64,000 nt of DNA from an uncultured Gammaproteobacteria bacterium (GCA_964561915.1 CAZLQR010000005.1:49263-113262); one strand, 5' to 3'; numbered from the stretch's first letter, positions 38,925-48,393 are shown. Notes: generated from the sequence alone by a model not told the origin. Made by a program: numbers and translations.

Positions 38925-40075
38925 AAAAGGTACGGATCGCGCTCTTTACATATCTCCCTCTTGAGCAGGGGGGCGGACTGGCAATGTTTTATCAGACAAT
39001 TGCCACGCTCCTCTCCCGCCGGTATCCGAACCTATCGTTTACCGTCGTGACGCTCAGTCCCCGTTTCGCAGACAAAATCACCCGAATATATTCCGTCTAC
39101 TACCTGCGGCGCGAAAAACAACCATCAATCCGTCATACCGGGAGTCGTACATATCGCTATGTGCAAGCCAAAAATTTCCCCCACCTCACGAGAACGCTTG
39201 CGTCTTTTGACATCGTGTACGGCAAGAATGATATCATGGATCTCCTCCTGCTAGCGGCCGCCGGATACTCGCATATCAAGAAACTGATCATCGGTTTCCA
39301 TACACCGGTCCAATACCACCTCACACCCACGATCCAAAGCAAGATGCACAATGTGATATACGATTCGCAGCTCTACAGAAAACTTCTCTCCAATGCCGAC
39401 GCGTTCCATGTCCTCAACTCGTACCACGAACAGGCGGTGCGCAAAATGGTAAGCAATACACCGGTGTACCACATCGCGAATCCGGTCAAATCGGAAACTG
39501 TTGGAAAAAAAGGAAACATCGTGCGGCTGTCGTCCGGCCCTATTCGAATCCTCTGGATCGGCAGACTGACTCAGGACAAAGGGGCGGACGATCTCATCTG
39601 GCTCATTCGTAATCTCCATACAGCGTCTCACCGCAAATTCGAATGGACTGTCGTAGGCGATGGAGCGCTGTATGATGAGCTGGAGAAGGTGCGCGCGGAA
39701 CTGCCCGGTATCACGACGTTCCGCGCGCTCCCTCATCATCAAGTCTTACCGCGATATTCTTCACATGATGCACTTCTCATGACGTCCAAGTGGGAGTGTT
39801 TCCCGTACGTCGTACTTGAGGCGCAGCGGGCCGGATTGCCCGTGATTGCGTATGACATACCGGGCTGTAGCGATATCGTACAGGACGGAACAACCGGTAC
39901 GCTTGCAACATCTCGGTCGCATATGAAACAGATCCTCAATTCGTTCCGGCGCTACCACCCGAAACGGAAACTGCTCATACGCCAATCCACAGCCCGGAGG
40001 TTTCGGAACGCTGCGATAGTGAGACAGTTGTATAATCTCTTTACCTCCACCCATGAAAAAAAACCACTACGGTAA
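38921..40075 (+). CDS. Glycosyltransferase family 4 (GT-B)
   Basis: LWIGRLTQDKGADDLI and SKWECFPYVVLEAQRAGLPVIAYDIPGCSDIV motifs. 4-nt overlap upstream. Confidence 0.8.
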   Translation: MKKVRIALFTYLPLEQGGGLAMFYQTIATLLSRRYPNLSFTVVTLSPRFADKITRIYSVYYLRREKQPSIRHTGSRTYRYVQAKNFPHLTRTLASFDIVYGKNDIMDLLLLAAAGYSHIKKLIIGFHTPVQYHLTPTIQSKMHNVIYDSQLYRKLLSNADAFHVLNSYHEQAVRKMVSNTPVYHIANPVKSETVGKKGNIVRLSSGPIRILWIGRLTQDKGADDLIWLIRNLHTASHRKFEWTVVGDGALYDELEKVRAELPGITTFRALPHHQVLPRYSSHDALLMTSKWECFPYVVLEAQRAGLPVIAYDIPGCSDIVQDGTTGTLATSRSHMKQILNSFRRYHPKRKLLIRQSTARRFRNAAIVRQLYNLFTSTHEKKPLR

Positions 40076-40697
40076 ATCATATTACCAATGGCAGAAGAAG
40101 TCCGGAGAGCTTGGAGCGCTCATCGACCTGTGGAAATTCAAGGAATTCATCAGAACGAACGACACGGTGCTTGACTTCGGATGTGGAGGCGGATACATCC
40201 TTGCCGCACTGCCGGGAAAGCGTAAGTACGGAGTTGATGTGAACGATACCGCACTCCGGAACGCGCGGGAGTATGGAATCAGGACATATCAGTCGATCGC
40301 AGAGCTCCCGCGCGGCACGAAATACGACGTTGTTCTCAGTCACCACACGCTTGAACATGTCACGAATCCCGCCGAAATTCTGCAACTGCTGCACGCGAAA
40401 ACCAGAAAGGGCGGATACTCCGTCCATGTCGTCCCGATAAACGACTGGCGAAATGACAAAAAATACGATCCCAATGATATCAACAAGCATTTATATACCT
40501 GGACACCACTCTTGATTGGGAATCTGTTTGCCCGGTGTGGGTATACGATCGTTTCGATCGACATCCTCACTCATGCGTGGCTTCCGCTCAGCAAATACAC
40601 ATACCGGTTGCTGCCCCGGCACGTCTACCATGTTCTGTGCAGGATTTGGAGCTTCATGACAAGGAATAGACAAATTCGGATCGTAGCACGGGCATGA
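40053..40697 (+). CDS. Class I SAM-dependent methyltransferase
   Basis: Motif I VLDFGCGGGYIL, later acidic loop, and SHHTLEHV. Confidence 0.75.
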   Translation: MKKNHYGKSYYQWQKKSGELGALIDLWKFKEFIRTNDTVLDFGCGGGYILAALPGKRKYGVDVNDTALRNAREYGIRTYQSIAELPRGTKYDVVLSHHTLEHVTNPAEILQLLHAKTRKGGYSVHVVPINDWRNDKKYDPNDINKHLYTWTPLLIGNLFARCGYTIVSIDILTHAWLPLSKYTYRLLPRHVYHVLCRIWSFMTRNRQIRIVARA

Positions 40698-41605
40698 AAA
40701 AATGGCGGATTAGGTGCACAGTCGGCGTTTGTGTGTTCAATGAAGAGCAGAATATCGCACGTCTCCTGACATCTCTCGCAGCACAGCGTCTGAACCATGT
40801 TGCTGTCGGTGAGATCATCGTCGTCGCTTCGGGATCCCGCGACAAAACGGTGGATATTGTGAAACAATTCATGAAGCGTAATAAAAAAATCCGTCTCATC
40901 ACAGAATCCCGGAGGAGGGGGAAAGCGTCTGCGGTGAATATCGTCCTGAGTCAGGCTCAATACGACATCATCGTCCTTACCGGAGGGGATCTGATCTTGA
41001 GCGAATATGTATTGGAGCGGTTGGTGAGCCCGATGCATGATAGTGAGACAGGTATGACAGGCGCGAGGCCGGTGCCGGTCAACGATGCGTCACAAGGCCT
41101 CGCCCACTTTGCCGCATTTTTCCTCTGGGATCTCCACCACAGATTATCGCTTCACAGACCCAAGATGGGCGAAGTCGTGGCGTTCAGGAAGATATTCCGG
41201 CGCATACCCGCCATCTCCAGCGTCGATGAAGCGAATATTGAACCGCTCATCCGCGGCCAGGGATACCGTATCAAATACGTCCCGCGGGCGCTCGTCTACA
41301 ACAAAGCGCCCGCAACAATCGCCGAATTCATAAGACAGCGAAGGAGGATATACAGCGGACACCTGGCAGTGAAGCACGAACAAAGTTACGAAGTCTCAAC
41401 GATGAATGCATTCCTCGTTGCACAAGCGATTACAGAGTTCATGAGGGCAAACAGACGTACACATGCCGCATACCTCCTTTATATCCCGCTCGTGATGCTG
41501 CTTGAAGCATATAGCCGCTTGCTCGGATGGTATGACTACCGCATCCTCCGCAAGCGGCACACCGTGTGGGACGTTGCCCATACAACAAAAAACCTCGGCC
41601 GTTAA
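40694..41605 (+). CDS. Glycosyltransferase family 2
   Basis: VGVCVFNEEQNIARLLTSL, VVASGSRDKT, GKASAVN, LTGGDL. Confidence 0.75.
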   Translation: MKKWRIRCTVGVCVFNEEQNIARLLTSLAAQRLNHVAVGEIIVVASGSRDKTVDIVKQFMKRNKKIRLITESRRRGKASAVNIVLSQAQYDIIVLTGGDLILSEYVLERLVSPMHDSETGMTGARPVPVNDASQGLAHFAAFFLWDLHHRLSLHRPKMGEVVAFRKIFRRIPAISSVDEANIEPLIRGQGYRIKYVPRALVYNKAPATIAEFIRQRRRIYSGHLAVKHEQSYEVSTMNAFLVAQAITEFMRANRRTHAAYLLYIPLVMLLEAYSRLLGWYDYRILRKRHTVWDVAHTTKNLGR

Positions 41606-41618
41606 GCCGAGGTTTTTA
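41586..41618. terminator. Bidirectional intrinsic terminator between GT2 and the pilin gene
   Basis: A-tract, CCTCGGC (41593-41599), 6-nt loop, GCCGAGG (41606-41612), TTTTT. Lies between two convergent genes. Confidence 0.7.
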
Positions 41619-41633
41619 GATTGTAACGAGAAT

Positions 41634-42107
41634 TTACCGTGTTACTTCGATCGTCTGGCTCAACTCTGCCGACGGTGCTGCAACGGTGATCCGGTTGTTA
41701 CCCGAAATCTGCTGGACGGTGTATGTGGTCGTCCATGTGGTGCCCGTGCAGTCATCAGCCTCGATCGGTGTGCCGTTGTTCGTCAACGGATCGACCGGGA
41801 GAGCGGCGATATACGTCGGGACGAGCTGCGTACAGAATGTATTGAACGTCGTGGCTGCAATCGTCTGTGCAGTGGTGTTAATACCAGTCGGCAGCGTTCC
41901 TCTATTGTCCGCCGCAAACTGGCCAATCGCATTCAGGATCGCGCTTACATCGCTTGATCTCTTCGTATTATTCGATTGTGAGAACTGTCGCTGAGGATTG
42001 ATGGCGATCAGCGTGATTGCCAAGAGGACCGCAAGTATACCGATAACGACGAGAAGCTCTATGAGCGTGAAACCCTTTTTGTTAGCGTTTGAGACACTTT
42101 TAATCAT
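41634..42107 (-). CDS. pilA: Type IV (major) pilin with prepilin N-terminal methylation motif
   Basis: KKGFTLIELLVVIGILAVL (G/FTLIE with Glu+5), two Cys near the C-terminus, last gene of the pilin operon. Confidence 0.8.
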   Translation of the reverse strand: MIKSVSNANKKGFTLIELLVVIGILAVLLAITLIAINPQRQFSQSNNTKRSSDVSAILNAIGQFAADNRGTLPTGINTTAQTIAATTFNTFCTQLVPTYIAALPVDPLTNNGTPIEADDCTGTTWTTTYTVQQISGNNRITVAAPSAELSQTIEVTR

Positions 42108-42115
42108 ATGAACTC

Positions 42116-42144
42116 ATTAAAGATGAAATTGAGATACTTGTCAA
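42116..42144 (-). promoter_or_regulatory. Candidate dedicated promoter for the major pilin gene
   Basis: Minus strand: TTGACA (42144-42139), 17 nt, TTTAAT (42121-42116). ATG is 8 nt downstream. No SD sequence. Confidence 0.4.
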
Positions 42145-42152
42145 GAGGATAT

Positions 42153-43205
42153 TTAGTTGCCGATAGTGAGTATCGTTTGGAAGGCGGACCCCGCGTGGGA
42201 GAGAACAGTAAAATCGGGTATCAGCGGCCTCAAAATCGTCAGAATTTCATTTTTATAGGTTTCGTCCATAGTATCAGCGAACGATACCGAGGTCGTTGCG
42301 CTTGAGGTTGATTCGTTCTCGATGGCGGTGAATCCCGACTGCTCAAGTGCGGATTTGACTTTCCCGGCATTGTCCTCCGCCGCCTGTGAGTTGACGATCT
42401 TGATTGCGATGAATGACTTGGCGTCCGCAACGCCTGTGGGAGAGAGAGCGGCTGCAAGTGTAGGTGCGGCAGTCTGTACCGTAGTTTCTTCGTCCGGTGA
42501 TGCTTGAGTGCTCGTGGGAGCGGTGGAACTGCCACTTGCAAGAAATACAACCATCAACACGACAAGGAGTCCCGCGAATACTCCGCCAAGTACTTTTTCC
42601 CGCTTCGTCCGCTTTTTCGGTACCGCTTTCCCTTTCTTAGCCGCCTTGATCGCGGATTCGCGTTCGACATTGATGAAATTGAATTGCCGCACCGTTTCGA
42701 GGCTTGCCAGTATGAATGAAGCGATCTGCACGGTCACAAGAGAGCCGGGGGGGACGTTGGCGTTTGCTATGAGTGCGACGGGGATTACGGCGTCAACGCT
42801 AAATCCGAGCTTCTCGAACCCCCGTCGCACCGTTGTGAACAATTCCTCATTCGTCGCAAGGACATACGTCGTATCGGCGGTTTCATATTTGATATGGGCC
42901 ACATTGTCAAATGGGACATTCGTAAGGAATTCTTCGATCATATCCCCTTTTTGTTCCTGTTGAGTTTTCCGTATCACTTTTTGGAAAACCACTTCGTTAC
43001 CTAAGACGACGGTGACTTCGCACGGAGACAATTTGTTGGATACCGCGAATGTCTGGATCTGATTGTATACGAGTTCCTTGTCCAGGACTTCCATGAATGA
43101 TATTCCCGCTGTCGGGAACGCCATTGTGACGGGATGCTCCATGCCGGGTATGAAATAGGTGAGTTTGTTGTTTTCTACATAGATGAGTGCTTTGATGTCT
43201 GTCAT
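42153..43205 (-). CDS. Bitopic pilus-operon protein (PilM/N position) with C-terminal LytR_C-like domain
   Basis: Start at MTDIKALIYV (43205). One TM helix (VLGGVFAGLLVVLMVVFLA). C-terminus IKIVNSQAAEDNAGKVKSALEQSGFTAIE resembles LytR_C. The function is inferred from gene context. Confidence 0.45.
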   Translation of the reverse strand: MTDIKALIYVENNKLTYFIPGMEHPVTMAFPTAGISFMEVLDKELVYNQIQTFAVSNKLSPCEVTVVLGNEVVFQKVIRKTQQEQKGDMIEEFLTNVPFDNVAHIKYETADTTYVLATNEELFTTVRRGFEKLGFSVDAVIPVALIANANVPPGSLVTVQIASFILASLETVRQFNFINVERESAIKAAKKGKAVPKKRTKREKVLGGVFAGLLVVLMVVFLASGSSTAPTSTQASPDEETTVQTAAPTLAAALSPTGVADAKSFIAIKIVNSQAAEDNAGKVKSALEQSGFTAIENESTSSATTSVSFADTMDETYKNEILTILRPLIPDFTVLSHAGSAFQTILTIGN

Positions 43206-43215
43206 AGTGATTGCA

Positions 43216-43605
43216 TTACTGTTCCGACCATGAGGTGATTTCCAGCACCCCGGCATTCTCCGTCGCCGTGACGGTAATGGTGCGTTTGTACGCACCCACC
43301 GTACCGGTCGATACGATCGTTTTCGGATTCGTTCCCGTCACCGTGATTGTTGCCGTATCGGACCCAATCGCCAATGTCTCGCCGGTGTAACTTGAATCCC
43401 GCAACAGCCGCAACATGGCGTTCTCGATACCGCTTTCGGCAACATTAAGTGCAACCTCGCCCTCCTGGGACCTCGTCGTGGAGACACTGTTGATGACATT
43501 CGTCGTCACCGCACTCGATATCACTGTCATGGCCATGGCTACGAACACAATCAATATCACCAGCCCCTGTCCGCGCCTTGTTTCATTATATACTTTTTTC
43601 ATCAC
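43216..43605 (-). CDS. PilX-like minor pilin/pseudopilin
   Basis: RRGQGLVILIVFVAMAMTVI hydrophobic N-terminus without Glu+5. 4-nt overlap with the upstream gene. Confidence 0.5.
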   Translation of the reverse strand: MMKKVYNETRRGQGLVILIVFVAMAMTVISSAVTTNVINSVSTTRSQEGEVALNVAESGIENAMLRLLRDSSYTGETLAIGSDTATITVTGTNPKTIVSTGTVGAYKRTITVTATENAGVLEITSWSEQ

Positions 43606-44084
43606 CGTAAACCAATTGCCGTCGTCACTGTCCGGGATTCCGTACCGCTCCCTTTCACAGTCCGTCCCGTGACTGTAAACGTAATGCGCAATACATGCTG
43701 CCCGTCCGCGTTGCCAAGTCGAAGGAAACTGATATCACTAATCGCCGTGTTGTACCCATTCAACTGCACGCTGTTGACTACAAGATTGCCGTCCGATGGC
43801 GAATATGTGTAGTTCTCCGCGTCGATCACCAGGGTCAATGTGGAGCTTTGGCTCCCGAGTGTTGCGGGCGTAGAGATACTCTGTGCCCGCTTGATATCGT
43901 ATTCGAATTTGTTGAGGAGGTAGCGCGAATCCTGGGCTACGGCAGAATAAGCCTCGGATTCGCGCCGCAGCTCAAACGTGGACGAGAACAATTGCGACAG
44001 CATGACGATGAGGATGCTGAACATCCCCATATAGACAAGCAATTCGACGAGCGACACTCCGGAACGGCGTACATTAATCCTCAT
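43602..44084 (-). CDS. Minor pilin (prepilin-type N-terminus)
   Basis: RRSGVSLVELLVYMGMFSILIV: Gly followed by Glu at +5. Confidence 0.65.
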   Translation of the reverse strand: MRINVRRSGVSLVELLVYMGMFSILIVMLSQLFSSTFELRRESEAYSAVAQDSRYLLNKFEYDIKRAQSISTPATLGSQSSTLTLVIDAENYTYSPSDGNLVVNSVQLNGYNTAISDISFLRLGNADGQHVLRITFTVTGRTVKGSGTESRTVTTAIGLR

Positions 44085-46129
44085 GGCGAATAATTGACGG
44101 TAATATCACTTAGTACAGCAGTTGCGTTGGGATTGAGGGACGTGAAATATGCTTTGTAGCGGAAACATTGGGCGGGATTCTCGTAGGTTGCACCGTCGTT
44201 GTTGATGATGATCGTGTCCTCATCCGGTGTGTAATAGGTGTTGGCGGTGCCGTCGGGACCGACATAATCGTACGTCGAATTGCTGCAGCTGCCGGCGACC
44301 GGATCAGCCACTGCAATTTGAAGCTGCAATGATGTCTGTGCAGGTACTGTTGCAGTCGCCGTGAAACGGTTGAACGTCGCGGAATACCCCGGGTCAAAAA
44401 TGGCAGACTCATATGTTCCTTCTTCGTTGTACGCGCCGTCAGGTCCACCCTGGACGATCTTGAGGTCATTGCTTGAGTCCCCCGTGATGAGGTAAGCGTA
44501 GGCGTCGCCGTCACCTTCTTTCACCGCGGCGACGCCATAGACACCCTGATTGATCTGGAGGCCACCGCACTTGGACGGCGACCCTTCGTTGCTCATATCA
44601 AGCACCTGATATTCTTCCGAATCGGCACCGCCCGCCGCATCGATCCCTACGAGTATCGCTCTGTTTTCGGCGAGCGATACCACGACGGATTGCTCCGGAT
44701 CCATACCGCCCGAATCATATCCTCCGCCATTCGTGCACGGTGGGTTGGATGCAATGCCACCGACAAGGCTCGGGCTCGACTTATTGCTCGTATCGAGCAC
44801 AAAAAATTCTTTGAAGCTTGCGTCGTTCGAAGAGCCGAGGTATGCACGGGTGCCGTCCGGTTTGATATACACCGACTTTCCTGATTCCAAGGAACTGCAG
44901 TTATTCGGTTCAATGTTGATGGACCCCACAACGCCCCATTGGCTTGAGCCGCCGCTGTGGTTCGTAACATTGATTATCTTCAATTCTTCCACAGTTGATC
45001 CCTCGATTCCCACGAAAATATATTTGCTCGTCCCGATCTCAACGCCATAAATTTCTCCTGCCGTGTCTCCGGAATTGGCGAAATTGATCCGTGACCCGAT
45101 TTGAGCCCGTGATCCCGACTTACTGCTCAGATTGAAAACATAAAGATAATTGTTTGTGGTTACATATCCCCGATCCTGAAGCACGAACAAACTTTGGGCG
45201 TTCGTACTGCTTGACGGAGTGTTGAAATAGCCAACTTCTGCATATTTCTTATTGACCGGATCCGCATACGAATTGAGGTCGATGATCACCACTTCTTTGG
45301 AGTCATGAGTAGTCGCAACGAACCCGTAATTCGTATCCGCCCACACATCATTTGCAATATACCCGTTGAAACTCCCGTGTATCGTGCCGCTTGGCGGATC
45401 CGTATCCGCGATGTCCACCCGGGTGAATGAAACCGTCGAAGCCTGCTGGCTCGTACCGGAGGCGACATACGCATGACCCGGCTCCGCCCATACAGCTTTG
45501 GGAGTGGCGGGCAGATCGATCGTCGCACTGGACAATGTCGGATCGCACCACTGTCCCTTGGTATTACTCGCCATTTGAATCTCTCCTCCGCTGACATTGG
45601 TGACGCTCACGTTGAGTCGCGATCCTGTGTTAAAGTCTGACTCCGTCGTCTGGATATATGCCGCATTGTCCAAAAACCGGGTGAAAAAAGAGGTTGCCGA
45701 AATAGACGAGCTGAACGGTTGAGTCCATGATACGGTTGATACCGCTTTTTTAGTGGATGGGTCAAGAGTGCCGCCGGATGTGACAATCGCGCCATTCGCA
45801 TCTCTATACACATCGCTAATGACGACGCTTCTGGTGAGACCGTTCACCGTCTCATTACCCGCGGCAAGCGTCCACGTTGAACCCGAAAGTACAGGATGGT
45901 ATTCGTTGCCCATTACGATATCGGTAGATATGTTTGCCCAATCCGATTCGCGGACTACCCGCACTGCTTCTTTCGTTTCCTTGAGGAATGCGACCGCAGC
46001 CAGACGCTGTGTCTGCTGCGGTCGCCCCTCCCTCGATACGACGAATCCCGTCAACAGGGCAGGGAGTGTGATGGCGGACAGACCAATCACCATCAAGAGT
46101 TCCACGATCATTTGTCCGCTTCGTTTCAT
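44081..46129 (-). CDS. Large minor pilin fused to LVIVD-like beta-propeller (candidate tip adhesin)
   Basis: N-terminus KRSGQMIVELLMVIGL (Gly, Glu+5). Six periodic blade-end motifs: VVIIDLNSYADP, LYVFNLSSKSGS, LKIINVTNHSGG, FFVLDTSNKSSPS, YQVLDMSNEGSPS, LKIVQGGPDG. Confidence 0.6.
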   Translation of the reverse strand: MKRSGQMIVELLMVIGLSAITLPALLTGFVVSREGRPQQTQRLAAVAFLKETKEAVRVVRESDWANISTDIVMGNEYHPVLSGSTWTLAAGNETVNGLTRSVVISDVYRDANGAIVTSGGTLDPSTKKAVSTVSWTQPFSSSISATSFFTRFLDNAAYIQTTESDFNTGSRLNVSVTNVSGGEIQMASNTKGQWCDPTLSSATIDLPATPKAVWAEPGHAYVASGTSQQASTVSFTRVDIADTDPPSGTIHGSFNGYIANDVWADTNYGFVATTHDSKEVVIIDLNSYADPVNKKYAEVGYFNTPSSSTNAQSLFVLQDRGYVTTNNYLYVFNLSSKSGSRAQIGSRINFANSGDTAGEIYGVEIGTSKYIFVGIEGSTVEELKIINVTNHSGGSSQWGVVGSINIEPNNCSSLESGKSVYIKPDGTRAYLGSSNDASFKEFFVLDTSNKSSPSLVGGIASNPPCTNGGGYDSGGMDPEQSVVVSLAENRAILVGIDAAGGADSEEYQVLDMSNEGSPSKCGGLQINQGVYGVAAVKEGDGDAYAYLITGDSSNDLKIVQGGPDGAYNEEGTYESAIFDPGYSATFNRFTATATVPAQTSLQLQIAVADPVAGSCSNSTYDYVGPDGTANTYYTPDEDTIIINNDGATYENPAQCFRYKAYFTSLNPNATAVLSDITVNYSP

Positions 46130-46133
46130 ATCA

Positions 46134-46613
46134 TCAGTTCACGCTGTCGATGACGCCATAATTATTAACATGAATCGTCCGTGTTACACCCTCACCTGCA
46201 TCTTCCAACACCACGGTATCCTGGCCGCTGACGTACCCCGCCGCCTCACCGCTTGATTGTGCATAGACCAACGTGTCGTTGGGGAAATTGATCGAACTGA
46301 ACCGGACATTGGGCCCGAGCGTGACGGTGAAATTGTTGGCATCTCCGGCGCTATATGAAACACCCTTGAAGAGGGTATATCTGTCCTGCTGGAAGTAGAC
46401 ACCGTATGAAGAATTCGTGCCGGTTGAAGCAGTATCTCCTGTCATTGCACGCGCCTGTTGGGACGTCATATCGGAAATCAGCGTGTCTTCTGTGGTCCGC
46501 AATTCATTCGTTCGTTGGGGAGAGAACAAATTACTGGTCCCCAACAAGTAAAGAGAGATCATGATCGCCATGACAATGGAGAGTTCGGGAATACTGAATC
46601 CGCTCCTTCTCAT
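46134..46613 (-). CDS. Minor pilin (GspH/FimT-like)
   Basis: RRSGFSIPELSIVMAIMISL prepilin motif. ATGA overlap with the kinase gene upstream. Confidence 0.65.
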   Translation of the reverse strand: MRRSGFSIPELSIVMAIMISLYLLGTSNLFSPQRTNELRTTEDTLISDMTSQQARAMTGDTASTGTNSSYGVYFQQDRYTLFKGVSYSAGDANNFTVTLGPNVRFSSINFPNDTLVYAQSSGEAAGYVSGQDTVVLEDAGEGVTRTIHVNNYGVIDSVN

Positions 46614-48037
46614 GTGACTGCGCTATGAATAACGTCTAATCCCTGCTTGTTCCCGAATTCCTTCTGGAATTGTGTATAGGTATCTTCGGAATAGATTTTC
46701 AGATTGAATGTGAACGTACTTCCTTTGTTCACTCCCTCCGAATACATGCTTACGGTCCCCTTGTGCAGCTCGATGATCGATTTGCAGATGAATAATCCCA
46801 GCCCCGTTCCCTGCATTCCTGTTTTATTCACTTTGTACGATGACCCGATCATGCTGAACTTCTGGAACAACTTATCCTGCTCCGCAGGAGAGATGCCTAT
46901 CCCGGTGTCTTTGACTTGAATATACACGGAATCACCTTTTGTTTCAAAATTGACGGTGATTGAACCCCCGCGTGGCGTGAATTTGAACGAGTTGCCGATA
47001 AAATTGAGGAGTACTTCCTTGATTTTATCGGCATCGGCCAGGACGGGCGGAAGCTCCGCTTCCGCCACACTCAGTGCGAGCCCAAGTTCCTGGGCTCGCA
47101 CTCTCAGCTCGAAGCATACTTCTTTCACAAGCGCAAGCAGGTCAATTTTCTGGATATTCATGCTCATCCGGCCGCTCTCGATACGAGATATATTGAGCAT
47201 TTCATTCACAAGATTGATGAGCCGCACCGTCGAAGAGTACGCACGATCCAAATAAAATTTCTGCTTTGGATTCAGCTCTCCCGCTTTCCCCTGAATAGCC
47301 ATATAGAGATATGAGCGGATCACCGTCATCGGCGTACGTAGTTCATGCGATGCGAGGGAAACGAAATCGTCCTTGAGTTTGTCCAGCTGTTTCAACTTCT
47401 CGTTTGCTTCCTGTGTTTCTTTGAAAAGAAGCGCATTGTCCAGCGCTATGCCGATGATATTCGGGAGCTGTTCGAGGAAATCTTTCTTGAATTCCGAAAT
47501 ATCCGACTCCGTTTGTCCGAGGAAGAGGATCATCAGACCGCGCAGTTCATCTCGGGATACGAGAGGATAGAGCAGGGTCTGTTTCACAAGATCGGAAAAT
47601 TTAGCCAGCACTTCCGCCGATGCCGGATTCAGCCCGGCAGCAACTTGTTCGAACTGTCCGGTGCTGAACCGCCTTCTCCCAACCGCTGTCTGGACGAGGA
47701 TATTCTCCTGACCTGAGAGCGGTAGGCTGATGTGGCGGAATATGTCATAAATGTTAATCCCTGCGGCATCCATCTCTCCGCTCTGAGAGACTGCGAGCGT
47801 GTCGAGCGACTTCGTGGTTTTATTGACCAGCATGATCGCGACGCCCCGAAGCTCCGCCTGGGCAGTCGTCACAGACGTCACCTTCCGGACAACTTCCCGC
47901 AGATCGAGCATACTCGATAATGTTATTTCGTCGATCGTGTGCAGGAGTGAGAGTACCTTATTCCGCTCGAGTAGCTCAGCGCTTTTTTTATAGATTTCTT
48001 GATTGATTCGTGTCAGATCGGAACTGGCGTCATCCAT
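46610..48037 (-). CDS. Soluble GAF-domain sensor histidine kinase
   Basis: No TM helix. GAF-like N-terminal half. H-box LASHELRTPMT. N/G boxes FIGNSFKFTPRGG, DTGIGI, GTGLGL. Confidence 0.85.
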   Translation of the reverse strand: MDDASSDLTRINQEIYKKSAELLERNKVLSLLHTIDEITLSSMLDLREVVRKVTSVTTAQAELRGVAIMLVNKTTKSLDTLAVSQSGEMDAAGINIYDIFRHISLPLSGQENILVQTAVGRRRFSTGQFEQVAAGLNPASAEVLAKFSDLVKQTLLYPLVSRDELRGLMILFLGQTESDISEFKKDFLEQLPNIIGIALDNALLFKETQEANEKLKQLDKLKDDFVSLASHELRTPMTVIRSYLYMAIQGKAGELNPKQKFYLDRAYSSTVRLINLVNEMLNISRIESGRMSMNIQKIDLLALVKEVCFELRVRAQELGLALSVAEAELPPVLADADKIKEVLLNFIGNSFKFTPRGGSITVNFETKGDSVYIQVKDTGIGISPAEQDKLFQKFSMIGSSYKVNKTGMQGTGLGLFICKSIIELHKGTVSMYSEGVNKGSTFTFNLKIYSEDTYTQFQKEFGNKQGLDVIHSAVT

Positions 48038-48108
48038 TCATTCATTATACGCATATAGCTGGTGCAAGATGACTATGAAAAGCGGCCGATAAGCAGACCG
48101 ATGAAGAA

Positions 48109-48387
48109 TTATTGAAGTGCCTCCGGCCGCTTATCGGCCGGCAAGTCGGCGAGCATCTCCTTCACTGCCTCCCGGCAGACCTCCACCGACGCTCGCCCGA
48201 ACAGATGTTCATATTGTGACACAAGATGATTTACTACTTCTTTCTCATCCCCCGACAACTCCACTTCGCGTTCATTCCAATTCACAGACAGCCCATCGAC
48301 CTTCTTGGCCTGCTCAAGCGCAATCGGGCCAATGATGCCCTCCTGCTGCTCTATGATTTTTACAACAATCTTGGCAAAGATGTCCAT
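48109..48387 (-). CDS. Small conserved hypothetical protein
   Basis: 92-aa ORF between the membrane module gene and the kinase, same strand, with 6-nt and 71-nt gaps. Confidence 0.45.
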   Translation of the reverse strand: MDIFAKIVVKIIEQQEGIIGPIALEQAKKVDGLSVNWNEREVELSGDEKEVVNHLVSQYEHLFGRASVEVCREAVKEMLADLPADKRPEALQ

Positions 48388-48393
48388 TCGTTA

